A stretch of DNA of 64,000 nucleotides from a virus (Duplodnaviria > Heunggongvirae > Uroviricota > Caudoviricetes), in the IMG/VR virus record IMGVR_UViG_2563366911_000001; one strand, 5' to 3'. The notes beneath the pieces are model-generated. The model was not told where the DNA came from. It saw nothing but the letters and a program-made list of their open reading frames with translations, and ran no database searches. Positions 1-8,745 of this stretch are shown piece by piece; position 1 is the stretch's first letter, and the number at the start of each line of letters is the position of its first letter. A program made the translations under genes and the position numbers.

Positions 1-216
1 AATCATCTATGATGTGGCTGTTTCCACGCTTTATAAGAAGTTTCCGGCGTCGTCATTTCAATCCTAAACCTTGGTTTAAGAGAACTCGGTACCAGCGGTG
101 AAAAGATCCCCCTGTTGAGCACGGCTAACACATGGAGTGCGCGCCAGATTTTCAACGGAGGGATCACCGGGGCACTGACAGGGAACGCCGACACCGCGAC
201 GAAATTGAAAACAGCA
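1..216. repeat. Left copy of the inverted repeat flanking the invertible tail-fibre segment; the window begins inside it
   Basis: nt 1-130 are the reverse complement of 4002-4131 with one mismatch (96 vs 4036); similarity decays by about 215/3917. Confidence 0.85.
59..84. other. cix/hix-family crossover site (left)
   Basis: caatcctaaacc-tt-ggtttaagagaa, a 12-2-12 imperfect palindrome resembling Hin/Gin/Cin recombination sites. Confidence 0.6.
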
Positions 217-1398
217 CGCACTATTGGCGGTGTGGCATTTGATGGTACTGCGAATATTAATTTACCTGGTGTTAACGTTGCGGGTAATCAGAATACATCC
301 GGTAACGCGGCTACAGCGACCAAGTTGCAGACAGCATGTACTATCAACGGCGTCTCGTTTGATGGTTCTAAAAATATTGAGCTAACGGCGGAAGATTTAA
401 ATCTACAGGAATTTATTAATAAAGCAAATAATGCCGTTCAGCGTTCAGGCGATATCTTGTCCGGCGGACTTACTTTTGAAAACGACTCAATCCTTGCCTG
501 GATTCGAAATACTGACTGGGCAAAGATTGGATTTAAAAATGATGCCGACAGCGACACAGATTCATACATGTGGTTTGAAACAGGCGACAACGGCAATGAA
601 TATTTCAAATGGAGAAGCAAACAAAGCACCACAACAAAAGACCTGATGAATCTTAAATGGGATGCTTTGTCTGTTCTTGTTAAAGCCCTTTTCAGCAGTG
701 AAGTAAAAATATCGACAGTCAATGCACTGAGGATATTTAATTCATCTTTTGGTGCCATTTTTCGCCGTTCTGAAGAATGCCTGCATATCATCCCTACACG
801 AGAGAATGAGGGGGAAAATGGTGATATAGGGCCACTACGTCCCTTTACGCTTAATCTCAGAACTGGCCGCATAACTATGGGGCATGGTCTGGATGTTACA
901 GGAGATATATTTACAAACCGTTTTTTAATTAACAGCAGTACAGGCATGTGGATTAATATGCGTGACCAGAACGTTATTATGGGACGTAATGCGGTATCCA
1001 CTGATGGTGCTCAGGCCTTGCTCCGTCAGGACCATGCCGACCGCAAATTTATGATTGGTGGTCTGGGGAATAAGCAATTTGGCATCTACATGATTAATAA
1101 TTCAAGGACGGCCAATGGCACCGATGGTCAGGCGTACATGGATAATAACGGTAACTGGCTTTGTGGCTCGCAAGTTATTCCTAGCAACTATGGCAATTTT
1201 GATTCCAGATATGTGAGAGATGTTCGCCTGGGTACGCGAGTTGTTCAATTGATGGCGCGTGGTGGTCGTTATGAAAAAGCCGGACACGCAATTACCGGAT
1301 TAAGAATCATTGGTGAAGTAGATGGCGATGATGAAGCCATCTTCAGGCCAATACAAAAATACATCAATGGCACATGGTATAACGTCGCACAGGTGTAA
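115..1398 (+). CDS. Tail fibre variable C-terminal part (Sv-like), TTG start as drawn
   Basis: Fibre repeat motifs NADTATKL...FDG; shares its first 34 aa with the ORF at 2494-4017. Confidence 0.8.
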   Translation: MSTANTWSARQIFNGGITGALTGNADTATKLKTARTIGGVAFDGTANINLPGVNVAGNQNTSGNAATATKLQTACTINGVSFDGSKNIELTAEDLNLQEFINKANNAVQRSGDILSGGLTFENDSILAWIRNTDWAKIGFKNDADSDTDSYMWFETGDNGNEYFKWRSKQSTTTKDLMNLKWDALSVLVKALFSSEVKISTVNALRIFNSSFGAIFRRSEECLHIIPTRENEGENGDIGPLRPFTLNLRTGRITMGHGLDVTGDIFTNRFLINSSTGMWINMRDQNVIMGRNAVSTDGAQALLRQDHADRKFMIGGLGNKQFGIYMINNSRTANGTDGQAYMDNNGNWLCGSQVIPSNYGNFDSRYVRDVRLGTRVVQLMARGGRYEKAGHAITGLRIIGEVDGDDEAIFRPIQKYINGTWYNVAQV

Positions 1399-1929
1399 AT
1401 GATGCAGCATTTAAAAAATATTAAGTCTGGAAATCCTAAAACGAAAGAACAATATCAGCTAACAAAGAATTTTGATGTTATCTGGTTATGGTCCGAAGAC
1501 GATAAAAACTGGTATGAGGAAGTGAAAAACTTTCAGCCAGACACAATAAAGATTGTTTACGATGCAAATAATATTATTGTCGCCATCACTAAAGATGCCT
1601 CCACGCTTAACCCTGAAGGTTTTAGCGTCGTTGAGGTTCCTGATATTACAGCCAACCGCCGCGCTGATGATTCAGGAAAGTGGATGTTTAAGGATGGAGC
1701 TGTAGTTAAACGGATTTATACGGCAGACGAACAGCAACAACAGGCCGAATCACAAAAGGCCGCATTGCTTTCCGAAGCTGAATCAGTCATCCAGCCGCTG
1801 GAACGCGCTGTCAGGCTGAATATGGCAACAGACGAGGAACGCACACGACTGGAAGCATGGGAACGCTACAGTGTTCTGGTCAGCCGTGTGGATACGGCAA
1901 ATCCTGAATGGCCACAAAAGCCTGAATAA
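1399..1929 (+). CDS. U: Tail fibre assembly chaperone (U/Tfa family)
   Basis: 176 aa, Tfa-like, immediately downstream of the fibre ORF; paralog of 1958-2491. Confidence 0.8.
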   Translation: MMQHLKNIKSGNPKTKEQYQLTKNFDVIWLWSEDDKNWYEEVKNFQPDTIKIVYDANNIIVAITKDASTLNPEGFSVVEVPDITANRRADDSGKWMFKDGAVVKRIYTADEQQQQAESQKAALLSEAESVIQPLERAVRLNMATDEERTRLEAWERYSVLVSRVDTANPEWPQKPE

Positions 1930-1934
1930 AAATT

Positions 1935-1954
1935 AAGGCCCGCTATCGGGCCTT
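1935..1954. terminator. Hairpin between the convergent U and U' genes
   Basis: aaggcccg-ctat-cgggcctt; weak T tract. Confidence 0.4.
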
Positions 1955-1957
1955 GTC

Positions 1958-2491
1958 TCATTCAGGTTGTTCGGGAAATGTTACTGGCAGGCTGGAGGTG
2001 TCTGTAGATTCGACTTTCTGCGCATAGAGCATCCACTCAGTTAATTTTTGTTTATTCTCGTCGGAAATGATGCCCAGCCGTAGCTGTGAGTCCCATAGCT
2101 GGGTTTTATCCCTGACAAGTTGCAACAGGCTTTGTTTTTCATTCTCTGCCTGCTGCCTTTGTTCCTCCTCGGTATAAGTTCGCTTTATCACTACGCCATC
2201 TTTGAACATCCATTTACCCGAAATATCAGCCCGGCGATTTGCTGTAATATCAGGAACCTCAACGACGCTTGCGCCTTCTGGATTAATTGCTGAAACATCC
2301 TTTTCAATACAAATAATAACGTCGTTGTGGTCATAGACCATTTTCAACGTATCAGGCTGAAAGTTCTTTTGTTCCTCATACCAGTTTTTCCCATCCTCTG
2401 TATAAAGCCATTTGATGTTAAATTGTTTCGTTAGCTGGTATTGCTCTTTTGTTTTAGGGTTGCCAGCAGTAATGTTTTTTAAGTGCATCAT
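1958..2491 (-). CDS. Tail fibre assembly chaperone (U')
   Basis: 177 aa paralog of U. Confidence 0.8.
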   Translation of the reverse strand: MMHLKNITAGNPKTKEQYQLTKQFNIKWLYTEDGKNWYEEQKNFQPDTLKMVYDHNDVIICIEKDVSAINPEGASVVEVPDITANRRADISGKWMFKDGVVIKRTYTEEEQRQQAENEKQSLLQLVRDKTQLWDSQLRLGIISDENKQKLTEWMLYAQKVESTDTSSLPVTFPEQPE

Positions 2492-2493
2492 CG

Positions 2494-4017
2494 TTAAATA
2501 CTCCCCGCGTTATACCACGTCCCATTAATGCAATACTGAATTGGCCTTGCCTGAGTTGTATCAATTAATTCATCACGGTTTCCGTTAACTGAACCTGTAA
2601 CGACATAACCTGACCTGTCAGACCAGCCGGGACCATTCCATGTCTGAACAGATGACAGACCGCCCAGGCGAATACCTGTAATAAACCTTGAGTTACATTC
2701 TGCCTGCGTATATGCACCAACATCCCCCGCAGAGGGTTTGCGGGTTGTGGTGTAAAACTCTGACCAGTTAGCTTCAAAGCCATAACCATCACGCGCTGAA
2801 CGATAAAAGATACCGCCGTTCTTATAATTCACGCGGAACTGTACAGCAGGGCAACTCCCCGCATTCATATTGAAGTGGAGGATTAATGTCGATGCGCCAC
2901 TGATATCTGCATCATAAACGCCGCTATTCCAGTTCCAGCCAACAGCTTTATCATTTGCAACCCTGCTTCCTGTTTGCCCTAAAGCAAATGCAGGCTGCTG
3001 GTTTTTCGTGTTGTAGTCTCTTCGCCAGCCAGGAGCATAAGCATCACCATGATTAATATAAGTGAATTGAGCGTTAGTAATTCCGCCACCGCTGGACGTG
3101 CTCGGCGTAGTAACGCGTATGGTCATTGCGCCGCGAGTGCCAATAACTTCCACCACAGCACCTGCAAGACAAATATTTCCGCAACCTGTATCTGTAATGA
3201 CCTTATTATTTGCATAAGCCCATGAGCCTTTGCACATCCAGTAAGGATGGTTAAATGCTCCCTGACTCTCCAGCCACGAAATAAATTGCGCGGTTGTCCA
3301 GACCTGACTATCGCCACCAATATTCAGCCATGCGCTATATGCGCGGCAGGCACCAATATTTTTGGTGAAGGTATCTTTTCCCGGAATATCTGCGCCGTTC
3401 TGGTTTTTCTGTAATGCTCCTGCGGCTAATTCTACAGTTTGCTCAAGATTTAAATCTGCCGCCGTTAGCTCAATATTTTTAGAACCGTCAAACGAGACAC
3501 CGTTGATAGTACACGCCGTCTGCAATTTGGTCGCTGTAGCCGCATTACCAGAGGTGTCCTGATTCCCTTTGGTATTAACGCCGGGAACGGAATCTTTTGA
3601 CGTATAGATCTGTGCCCATTCGGACCATGCCGCAGCAGTGCTATCTCTTTTGGATCGAATGAAAGCTGGTGCATGAGCGCCATTTGTGCCACTCCAGCCA
3701 ATGAGCAACTCGCCTTCACCAGTGGATGCAGCTCCCTTCAGGTGAAGTACATTCCCGTAAGTCGTCGGATAACCATTGTTGTATGCCTCATACATCTGCA
3801 ATCCAGTAGCAGCACCTTGCGTTGTACCGGTAAGCGCAGTAACGCGTCCTCTAGACGTAATTGTTGGTATCGAAATGTTCGTAGAACCATCGAATCTGAC
3901 GCCATTAATGTTTATGGCTGTTTTTAATTTCGTCGCGGTGTCGGCGTTCCCTGTCAGCGCCCCGGTGATCCCGCCGTTAAAAGTCTGGCGTGCACTCCAT
4001 GTGTTAGCCGTGCTCAA
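2494..4017 (-). CDS. Alternative tail fibre variable part (Sv'-like), TTG start as drawn
   Basis: 507 aa; same N-terminal 34 aa as Sv, divergent receptor-binding end. Confidence 0.8.
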   Translation of the reverse strand: MSTANTWSARQTFNGGITGALTGNADTATKLKTAININGVRFDGSTNISIPTITSRGRVTALTGTTQGAATGLQMYEAYNNGYPTTYGNVLHLKGAASTGEGELLIGWSGTNGAHAPAFIRSKRDSTAAAWSEWAQIYTSKDSVPGVNTKGNQDTSGNAATATKLQTACTINGVSFDGSKNIELTAADLNLEQTVELAAGALQKNQNGADIPGKDTFTKNIGACRAYSAWLNIGGDSQVWTTAQFISWLESQGAFNHPYWMCKGSWAYANNKVITDTGCGNICLAGAVVEVIGTRGAMTIRVTTPSTSSGGGITNAQFTYINHGDAYAPGWRRDYNTKNQQPAFALGQTGSRVANDKAVGWNWNSGVYDADISGASTLILHFNMNAGSCPAVQFRVNYKNGGIFYRSARDGYGFEANWSEFYTTTRKPSAGDVGAYTQAECNSRFITGIRLGGLSSVQTWNGPGWSDRSGYVVTGSVNGNRDELIDTTQARPIQYCINGTWYNAGSI

Positions 4018-4131
4018 CAGGGGGATCTTTTCACCACTGGTACCGAGTTCTCTTAAACCAAGGTTTAGGATTGAAATGACGACGCCGGAAACTTCTTATA
4101 AAGCGTGGAAACAGCCACATCATAGATGATT
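3916..4131. repeat. Right copy of the inverted repeat (cin 3' end plus first ~34 codons of Sv')
   Basis: Reverse complement of window 1-216. Confidence 0.85.
4048..4073. other. cix/hix-family crossover site (right); contains the cin stop codon
   Basis: Reverse complement of 59-84; cin TAA lies at 4065-4067. Confidence 0.6.
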
Positions 4132-4625
4132 GCAACCTGCTTACGGGGGATGCCATTCTCCAGCAATCGCCGCATTTGCTGCCATGTTTCTTCTTGGTAT
4201 TTAGGCCGACGCCCACCTATACGACCTTCTGCGCGAGCTGCATCAAGTCCAGCGCGTGTACGTTCAACGATAAGCTCACGTTCCATTTCTGCCAGCGCTC
4301 CCATTACGTGAAAGAAAAAGCGCCCCATTGGTGTACTGGTGTCGATAGAGTCAGTGAGACTCCGGAAATTAATTCCTCTGTCACGCAGCTCTTCCACCAG
4401 CACAACCAAGTGACGCATGCTGCGCCCAAGACGATCTAACTTCCATACGACCAGGGTGTCACCTCTGGAAAGCATACGCAAAACCTTTTTTAGCCCAGGG
4501 CGTTCAGTCTGTTTGCCGCTCGCCTTATCCTCAAAAATTAGCTCACATCCTGCGCTTTCAAGGGCATTTCGTTGCAAAGCAGTGTTTTGTTCATTTGTTG
4601 ATACGCGTACATAGCCGATCAGCAT
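4065..4625 (-). CDS. cin: Serine DNA invertase (Cin/Gin/Hin/Pin family)
   Basis: 186 aa; GYVRVST catalytic-serine N-terminus, resolvase fold, C-terminal HTH. Confidence 0.9.
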   Translation of the reverse strand: MLIGYVRVSTNEQNTALQRNALESAGCELIFEDKASGKQTERPGLKKVLRMLSRGDTLVVWKLDRLGRSMRHLVVLVEELRDRGINFRSLTDSIDTSTPMGRFFFHVMGALAEMERELIVERTRAGLDAARAEGRIGGRRPKYQEETWQQMRRLLENGIPRKQVAIIYDVAVSTLYKKFPASSFQS

Positions 4626-4746
4626 GATTTTTACTCTAATGCGTTGTTCTTATGAGTCTGCGAATTTTAAAGAACAAAGCGTTATGCACAGAAATAACAA
4701 TCTGAATAGGTTCCTGCTTGATTTTTGTTAGATCCGGGAGGAGCTT

Positions 4747-5031
4747 ATGCAGATTTTGATTTTTTTAATGTCCATTATTAGTGGAACCTATTTATTTCTT
4801 ACTGGAGTTAGGCGTGGAGCTTATAAGCCATGTTTTTTACATTGGCTTGAAGCATGGCTGCTTGCCATAAAAGGTGGTTTTGTTGGTTTTTGTCTTGCAG
4901 AAGTTCAGTGGGGAAACTCATTTTTGGATGTGGTTGCTTTTTTGATATGTAGTTGGAATAGCCATTTTGTATTAAGAATAACCAAAATATGGGTTTTTCA
5001 CTTGATTTACGAATGTATTGGCAAATTATGA
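4747..5031 (+). CDS. Small hydrophobic membrane protein
   Basis: 94 aa, several TM-like stretches, strong SD gggaggag upstream, AT-rich. Confidence 0.45.
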   Translation: MQILIFLMSIISGTYLFLTGVRRGAYKPCFLHWLEAWLLAIKGGFVGFCLAEVQWGNSFLDVVAFLICSWNSHFVLRITKIWVFHLIYECIGKL

Positions 5032-5091
5032 ACAACCAGATGAGAAGTTACTTTGCATACCATTACCTCCTGACAACGTAGGAGGGAACTT

Positions 5092-5421
5092 GTGCTTGAC
5101 ACACAGGAATTAGCTCCAGTTGCTATTGCGCTCCTGCTTTCAGTAATTGGTGGGATAGGCACGTTCCTGATGGATGTCCGAGACGGTCGCCAGTCTGGCA
5201 ATTTGTTGGGATTGGTTACGGAGATCTTTGTTGCAGTGACAGCTGGCGCGGTGGCGTACCTATTGGGGCAACACGAGGGCTGGGAGTTATCAATTACGTA
5301 CTTAATGGTAACGATAGCCAGCAATAACGGTCATGAGGTGATTTCAGGGATGAAACGAGTGAATATCGATAGCATTCTGAATGTTCTTACAAGTTTGGTG
5401 AAAAAGGGAGGCGGGAAATGA
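5092..5421 (+). CDS. lydA: Holin (LydA-like)
   Basis: 109 aa, TM segments, GTG start with SD ggaggg; position upstream of darA operon. Confidence 0.6.
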   Translation: MLDTQELAPVAIALLLSVIGGIGTFLMDVRDGRQSGNLLGLVTEIFVAVTAGAVAYLLGQHEGWELSITYLMVTIASNNGHEVISGMKRVNIDSILNVLTSLVKKGGGK

Positions 5422-5861
5422 TTGGCTGGGGTGTATGCGTTCTTGCGTTAGCCTTAGCCGATCGCTATTTGCTAAAACGCAAGGACATCACGCATTTAGA
5501 ACTTGGTGATGTGGAAATTAAACCGGGTTTCATCCGGGTGCCGTTCAAATACCGGTCTAAATTCCCGTTTTTGCGCGGCGCAACGGTCAGATATTGGATC
5601 CGCGATGTTCAGAAGCCAACGACAGTGATTGAAGGCGAACAACGTTGTCTGACGTCGGCTGAACAGGGCGAAAACAGTGAATGGTTGTACATACCCACTG
5701 AATATATGGGTAAAGGAGAACGGCTGTGGCATTTCAACGTCATGGTTACGCATGGCGACTCGTTCATTAACCCGTTGTATCGGATTTTCCCTGTTACTCA
5801 GCAAATCCGCAGAAGTTACGTAATAAATCTCGCACAGGATGTGTCAGATGACGAAAAATAA
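5418..5861 (+). CDS. lydB: Antiholin (LydB-like)
   Basis: 147 aa, coupled to lydA by ATGA overlap. Confidence 0.5.
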   Translation: MIGWGVCVLALALADRYLLKRKDITHLELGDVEIKPGFIRVPFKYRSKFPFLRGATVRYWIRDVQKPTTVIEGEQRCLTSAEQGENSEWLYIPTEYMGKGERLWHFNVMVTHGDSFINPLYRIFPVTQQIRRSYVINLAQDVSDDEK

Positions 5862-6450
5862 GTATGCAACGGTCGATTTTGACCAGGTTAATGAAAAGGG
5901 GCTGAAATCCCTTATCGCGGCGATCAATAAAACCGGTGTTACGGTAATTGAGGTTGACTCCAGCAACCGCGCAACAACGAAAGATGGCGTTAAAGTTAAA
6001 ACCGCAAAGCTGGTTCTTAACGACGGACAAATTCTTGCCATACAGGTAAACGATACTGGCGATATATCGTCTGTGAGGCTGAATGGAAAAGCTATTCCTA
6101 ACGCTCAGTCGCCGGATATCAAGACGCTTGGTACCGTCATGGGGCAAGCGGCCCGCAAAAACTCCGCAAAATTCCAGAAATCACTGATCGCCAAAGCGAA
6201 ACGTGTTGCCAATCCGGTAGACAAGAAACCGGCAGTAAAATCCAACTTTCAGCGCCTGCAAGAGGCAAAACAGCGGAATGCTCAGGTGGTTGCCGCTTAT
6301 AAATCAGCGCAGAACTCGGTGTCTTTCAATCAACAGCAGATCACTGATTTGCGGGCGAAGCTGGATAAGGAGACAGGCCGACTCAATAACGAAAAGGCCC
6401 GAAATGGCGAACTCAAACGCCGTCTTAAGCAACTGAAAGCAGGAAATTAA
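5839..6450 (+). CDS. hdf: Hdf (homolog of DarA fragment)
   Basis: Shares the KNSAKFQ motif with DarA; basic coiled-coil C-terminus. Confidence 0.55.
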   Translation: MCQMTKNKYATVDFDQVNEKGLKSLIAAINKTGVTVIEVDSSNRATTKDGVKVKTAKLVLNDGQILAIQVNDTGDISSVRLNGKAIPNAQSPDIKTLGTVMGQAARKNSAKFQKSLIAKAKRVANPVDKKPAVKSNFQRLQEAKQRNAQVVAAYKSAQNSVSFNQQQITDLRAKLDKETGRLNNEKARNGELKRRLKQLKAGN

Positions 6451-6451
6451 C

Positions 6452-8371
6452 ATGGAACAGTTCAATATCAATAAAGGGGTGACGATCAAACCTGGGCTTG
6501 ACGTGCTTCCCCCGCCAGTGACTGATGATGAATATCGCGCATTAATGGCCGGTGAGGACCGCTATCTGATGACGGAATCCAACACCCTGGAGGAAATCGA
6601 GGCTACGTTCTTCTATGACACGCCGATCCACTGGTGTGCTACGGATTTACTGGAGGCGATTAGTTCTACTCGTTTGCAGCTACACCGGACCATGCAGGCA
6701 TTTGTCCGGGCATTGAACCAGAAGCTGAATGGTACCGGAATCTCTGCGGGGAGTGATAAAACGGGGGATGTGGCCCAGAACGGTGCACGCGCGATCGGCG
6801 GGGCTGAAATTGGCCGGGCACGTAACGTTAACGGGCTGCCGGTCCTGCCAGCCATTATTCCGCTCAGTGATGGTCAGACTATCAGCATTCTGTTTCATAG
6901 CCCGACAGCGGAAAACCGGATCACCAATAGCGATACGCTGATTGCTTTCCAGTTCTTACTGAATAAAAAAGACGTTACTCATACCGTTGCTCCGATGAGT
7001 GGACGTGATATGACGCTGGCGCAGGTCACCATGAAACTTGCCAACCTTGCAGAGAAAAACTCGGCAAAATTCCAGCGTGCGCAGAAGAAGAAAAAAGCCC
7101 TGGTTGATGAAATAACCCAACTACAGGCTGACAGTGACCAGAAAGAGGATGCCATGAGCGACCTCGCGGATCAGGTGGCAGCGGTAGAAGGGCAGAAGGT
7201 AGATCTGGAGCAGAAAATTAACGCTGTTGCATCGGAAGCGGATTCTCTTTATGAAGAGAATGAGCGTTTGCAGACGGAGATTGATCAGCTCAATCGAACT
7301 GGTGGGCGCGAAACCATTGCTCCTGCGGGGATGACTGGTGGACACTCTCGCGCGATGACGGATCGCCTTGCAAGTATCAAAAATCGTATGCATATGAACG
7401 GGGAAGTGACGCTCAGTAATGGTGCATCAATGAAGCAATTCATTGAGGACGGTGAAGGGTATATCCAGTTAACCGATTCGGATGGCAGCGTGTACATGAT
7501 CAAGGCTAAATCCATACAGGGTGTGGACATGGCAGATGCGATCGGCAAGCTGTTTAAAGCCTATAAAGCGGGTAATGTATCGGAATACCTGGTCCAACCA
7601 GAAGAACATAAACCGGAAAACGTCGAACCTGAACCAGCGGAGGATACCGGTAGCTCTTCGCCTGAACCAGAAATCTCTGTAGGTGCATATCGATATGCCC
7701 TGCAAATGCGTCCGGCGGCCCCTGGCGCAATACCTGAAGGTAACAAAGCAATTCTGCCGCGCCCTGATGAAGGTGACCCGTATTATGAATATGCACGCTA
7801 CGGCATTGCTACTTACGATACCCCGCTTTCTGATCAGCAAATGAGTGAGTACGACCTGAAGTTATTGCCTCGCGAGGATTCTTTCGACTTCTTGGCGAAG
7901 ACACTTACTAATGGTCCGTTTGGCAAATATGCACAAAAAGCTCTGGAGCTGGCCACCAGCTCACCAGACGAGTTCCGCGTAATGCTGAAAACTCAGTTTC
8001 AAAAAACTTTCCCCAATATTGCGTATCCGGGGGGCGCTGGCACCGAGAAAATGGTGCAGAGCATGATCAATGCATTGCAGGCCGAAGTCGGTGAGATTAC
8101 TCAGCCAGAACCTGCCCCGGCACAGCCTGATGAAACGGTTAGCGAAGCAGATGCAGAGGCTAATAAAGCCATTGAATATCTCAATAACGTGATGGATATG
8201 CAAAGCACTGACATGGCGGAGATCCGTAACGCCCGGGGTAATGTCCGGGAAGCGATTGCAGCCCTTCAGGCTGCCGGGCGTTTTGAGGAAAACGAAGAGC
8301 TGGTTAATGGCGCTGCTCGCCACCTGGCTGATCTGCTGGTAGCAATCCAGAAAGCGGGGGTAGCGGCATGA
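6452..8371 (+). CDS. darA: DarA antirestriction / capsid-associated protein
   Basis: 639 aa; position and size match P1 DarA (from memory). Confidence 0.6.
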   Translation: MEQFNINKGVTIKPGLDVLPPPVTDDEYRALMAGEDRYLMTESNTLEEIEATFFYDTPIHWCATDLLEAISSTRLQLHRTMQAFVRALNQKLNGTGISAGSDKTGDVAQNGARAIGGAEIGRARNVNGLPVLPAIIPLSDGQTISILFHSPTAENRITNSDTLIAFQFLLNKKDVTHTVAPMSGRDMTLAQVTMKLANLAEKNSAKFQRAQKKKKALVDEITQLQADSDQKEDAMSDLADQVAAVEGQKVDLEQKINAVASEADSLYEENERLQTEIDQLNRTGGRETIAPAGMTGGHSRAMTDRLASIKNRMHMNGEVTLSNGASMKQFIEDGEGYIQLTDSDGSVYMIKAKSIQGVDMADAIGKLFKAYKAGNVSEYLVQPEEHKPENVEPEPAEDTGSSSPEPEISVGAYRYALQMRPAAPGAIPEGNKAILPRPDEGDPYYEYARYGIATYDTPLSDQQMSEYDLKLLPREDSFDFLAKTLTNGPFGKYAQKALELATSSPDEFRVMLKTQFQKTFPNIAYPGGAGTEKMVQSMINALQAEVGEITQPEPAPAQPDETVSEADAEANKAIEYLNNVMDMQSTDMAEIRNARGNVREAIAALQAAGRFEENEELVNGAARHLADLLVAIQKAGVAA

Positions 8372-8733
8372 CACTATCAGCTATTGAGTTAATGGATCTC
8401 AGCGATAAGTTGGATGCTCTGATGTCCAAAGCGGCTACCGCGAGTGGCATGGAGTTGCTGGATATCAGCGATGAAATTGACCAGATCATGCAACAGATGG
8501 GGTACGGTGTGTCCGGCGGCAGTAGTGGCGAGGAAAAACAACCTTCGGTACATGATGGTGTGCCAAAACTGGTTGCTGATTTCCTGGCTGATAAATTCGT
8601 CGATCAGAGCACCGATGCATTTATCGGTACCTTGCAGGATTTGAGTCAATATGTTGGCACATACATCGACCTGGACCAGGTTAAACAGCACACGGCGGCA
8701 TGGATAGCCGCCAACATTAAAGAGGCAGCATAA
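8368..8733 (+). CDS. ddrA: DdrA-like small protein
   Basis: 121 aa, overlapping start; positional. Confidence 0.5.
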   Translation: MTLSAIELMDLSDKLDALMSKAATASGMELLDISDEIDQIMQQMGYGVSGGSSGEEKQPSVHDGVPKLVADFLADKFVDQSTDAFIGTLQDLSQYVGTYIDLDQVKQHTAAWIAANIKEAA

Positions 8734-8745
8734 GGCGTAACAGGG

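Larger units (their letters stand above)
59..4073. other. Invertible C-segment-like host-range switch (Sv-U / U'-Sv')
   Basis: Two divergent tail-fibre plus chaperone pairs between inverted crossover sites, with a serine invertase gene adjacent. Confidence 0.8.

Noticed and set aside
3-221. 72-aa minus-strand ORF at the window start
   Set aside because: Off-frame reading of the inverted repeat and fibre N-terminus; duplicated at 3776-4129 for the same reason
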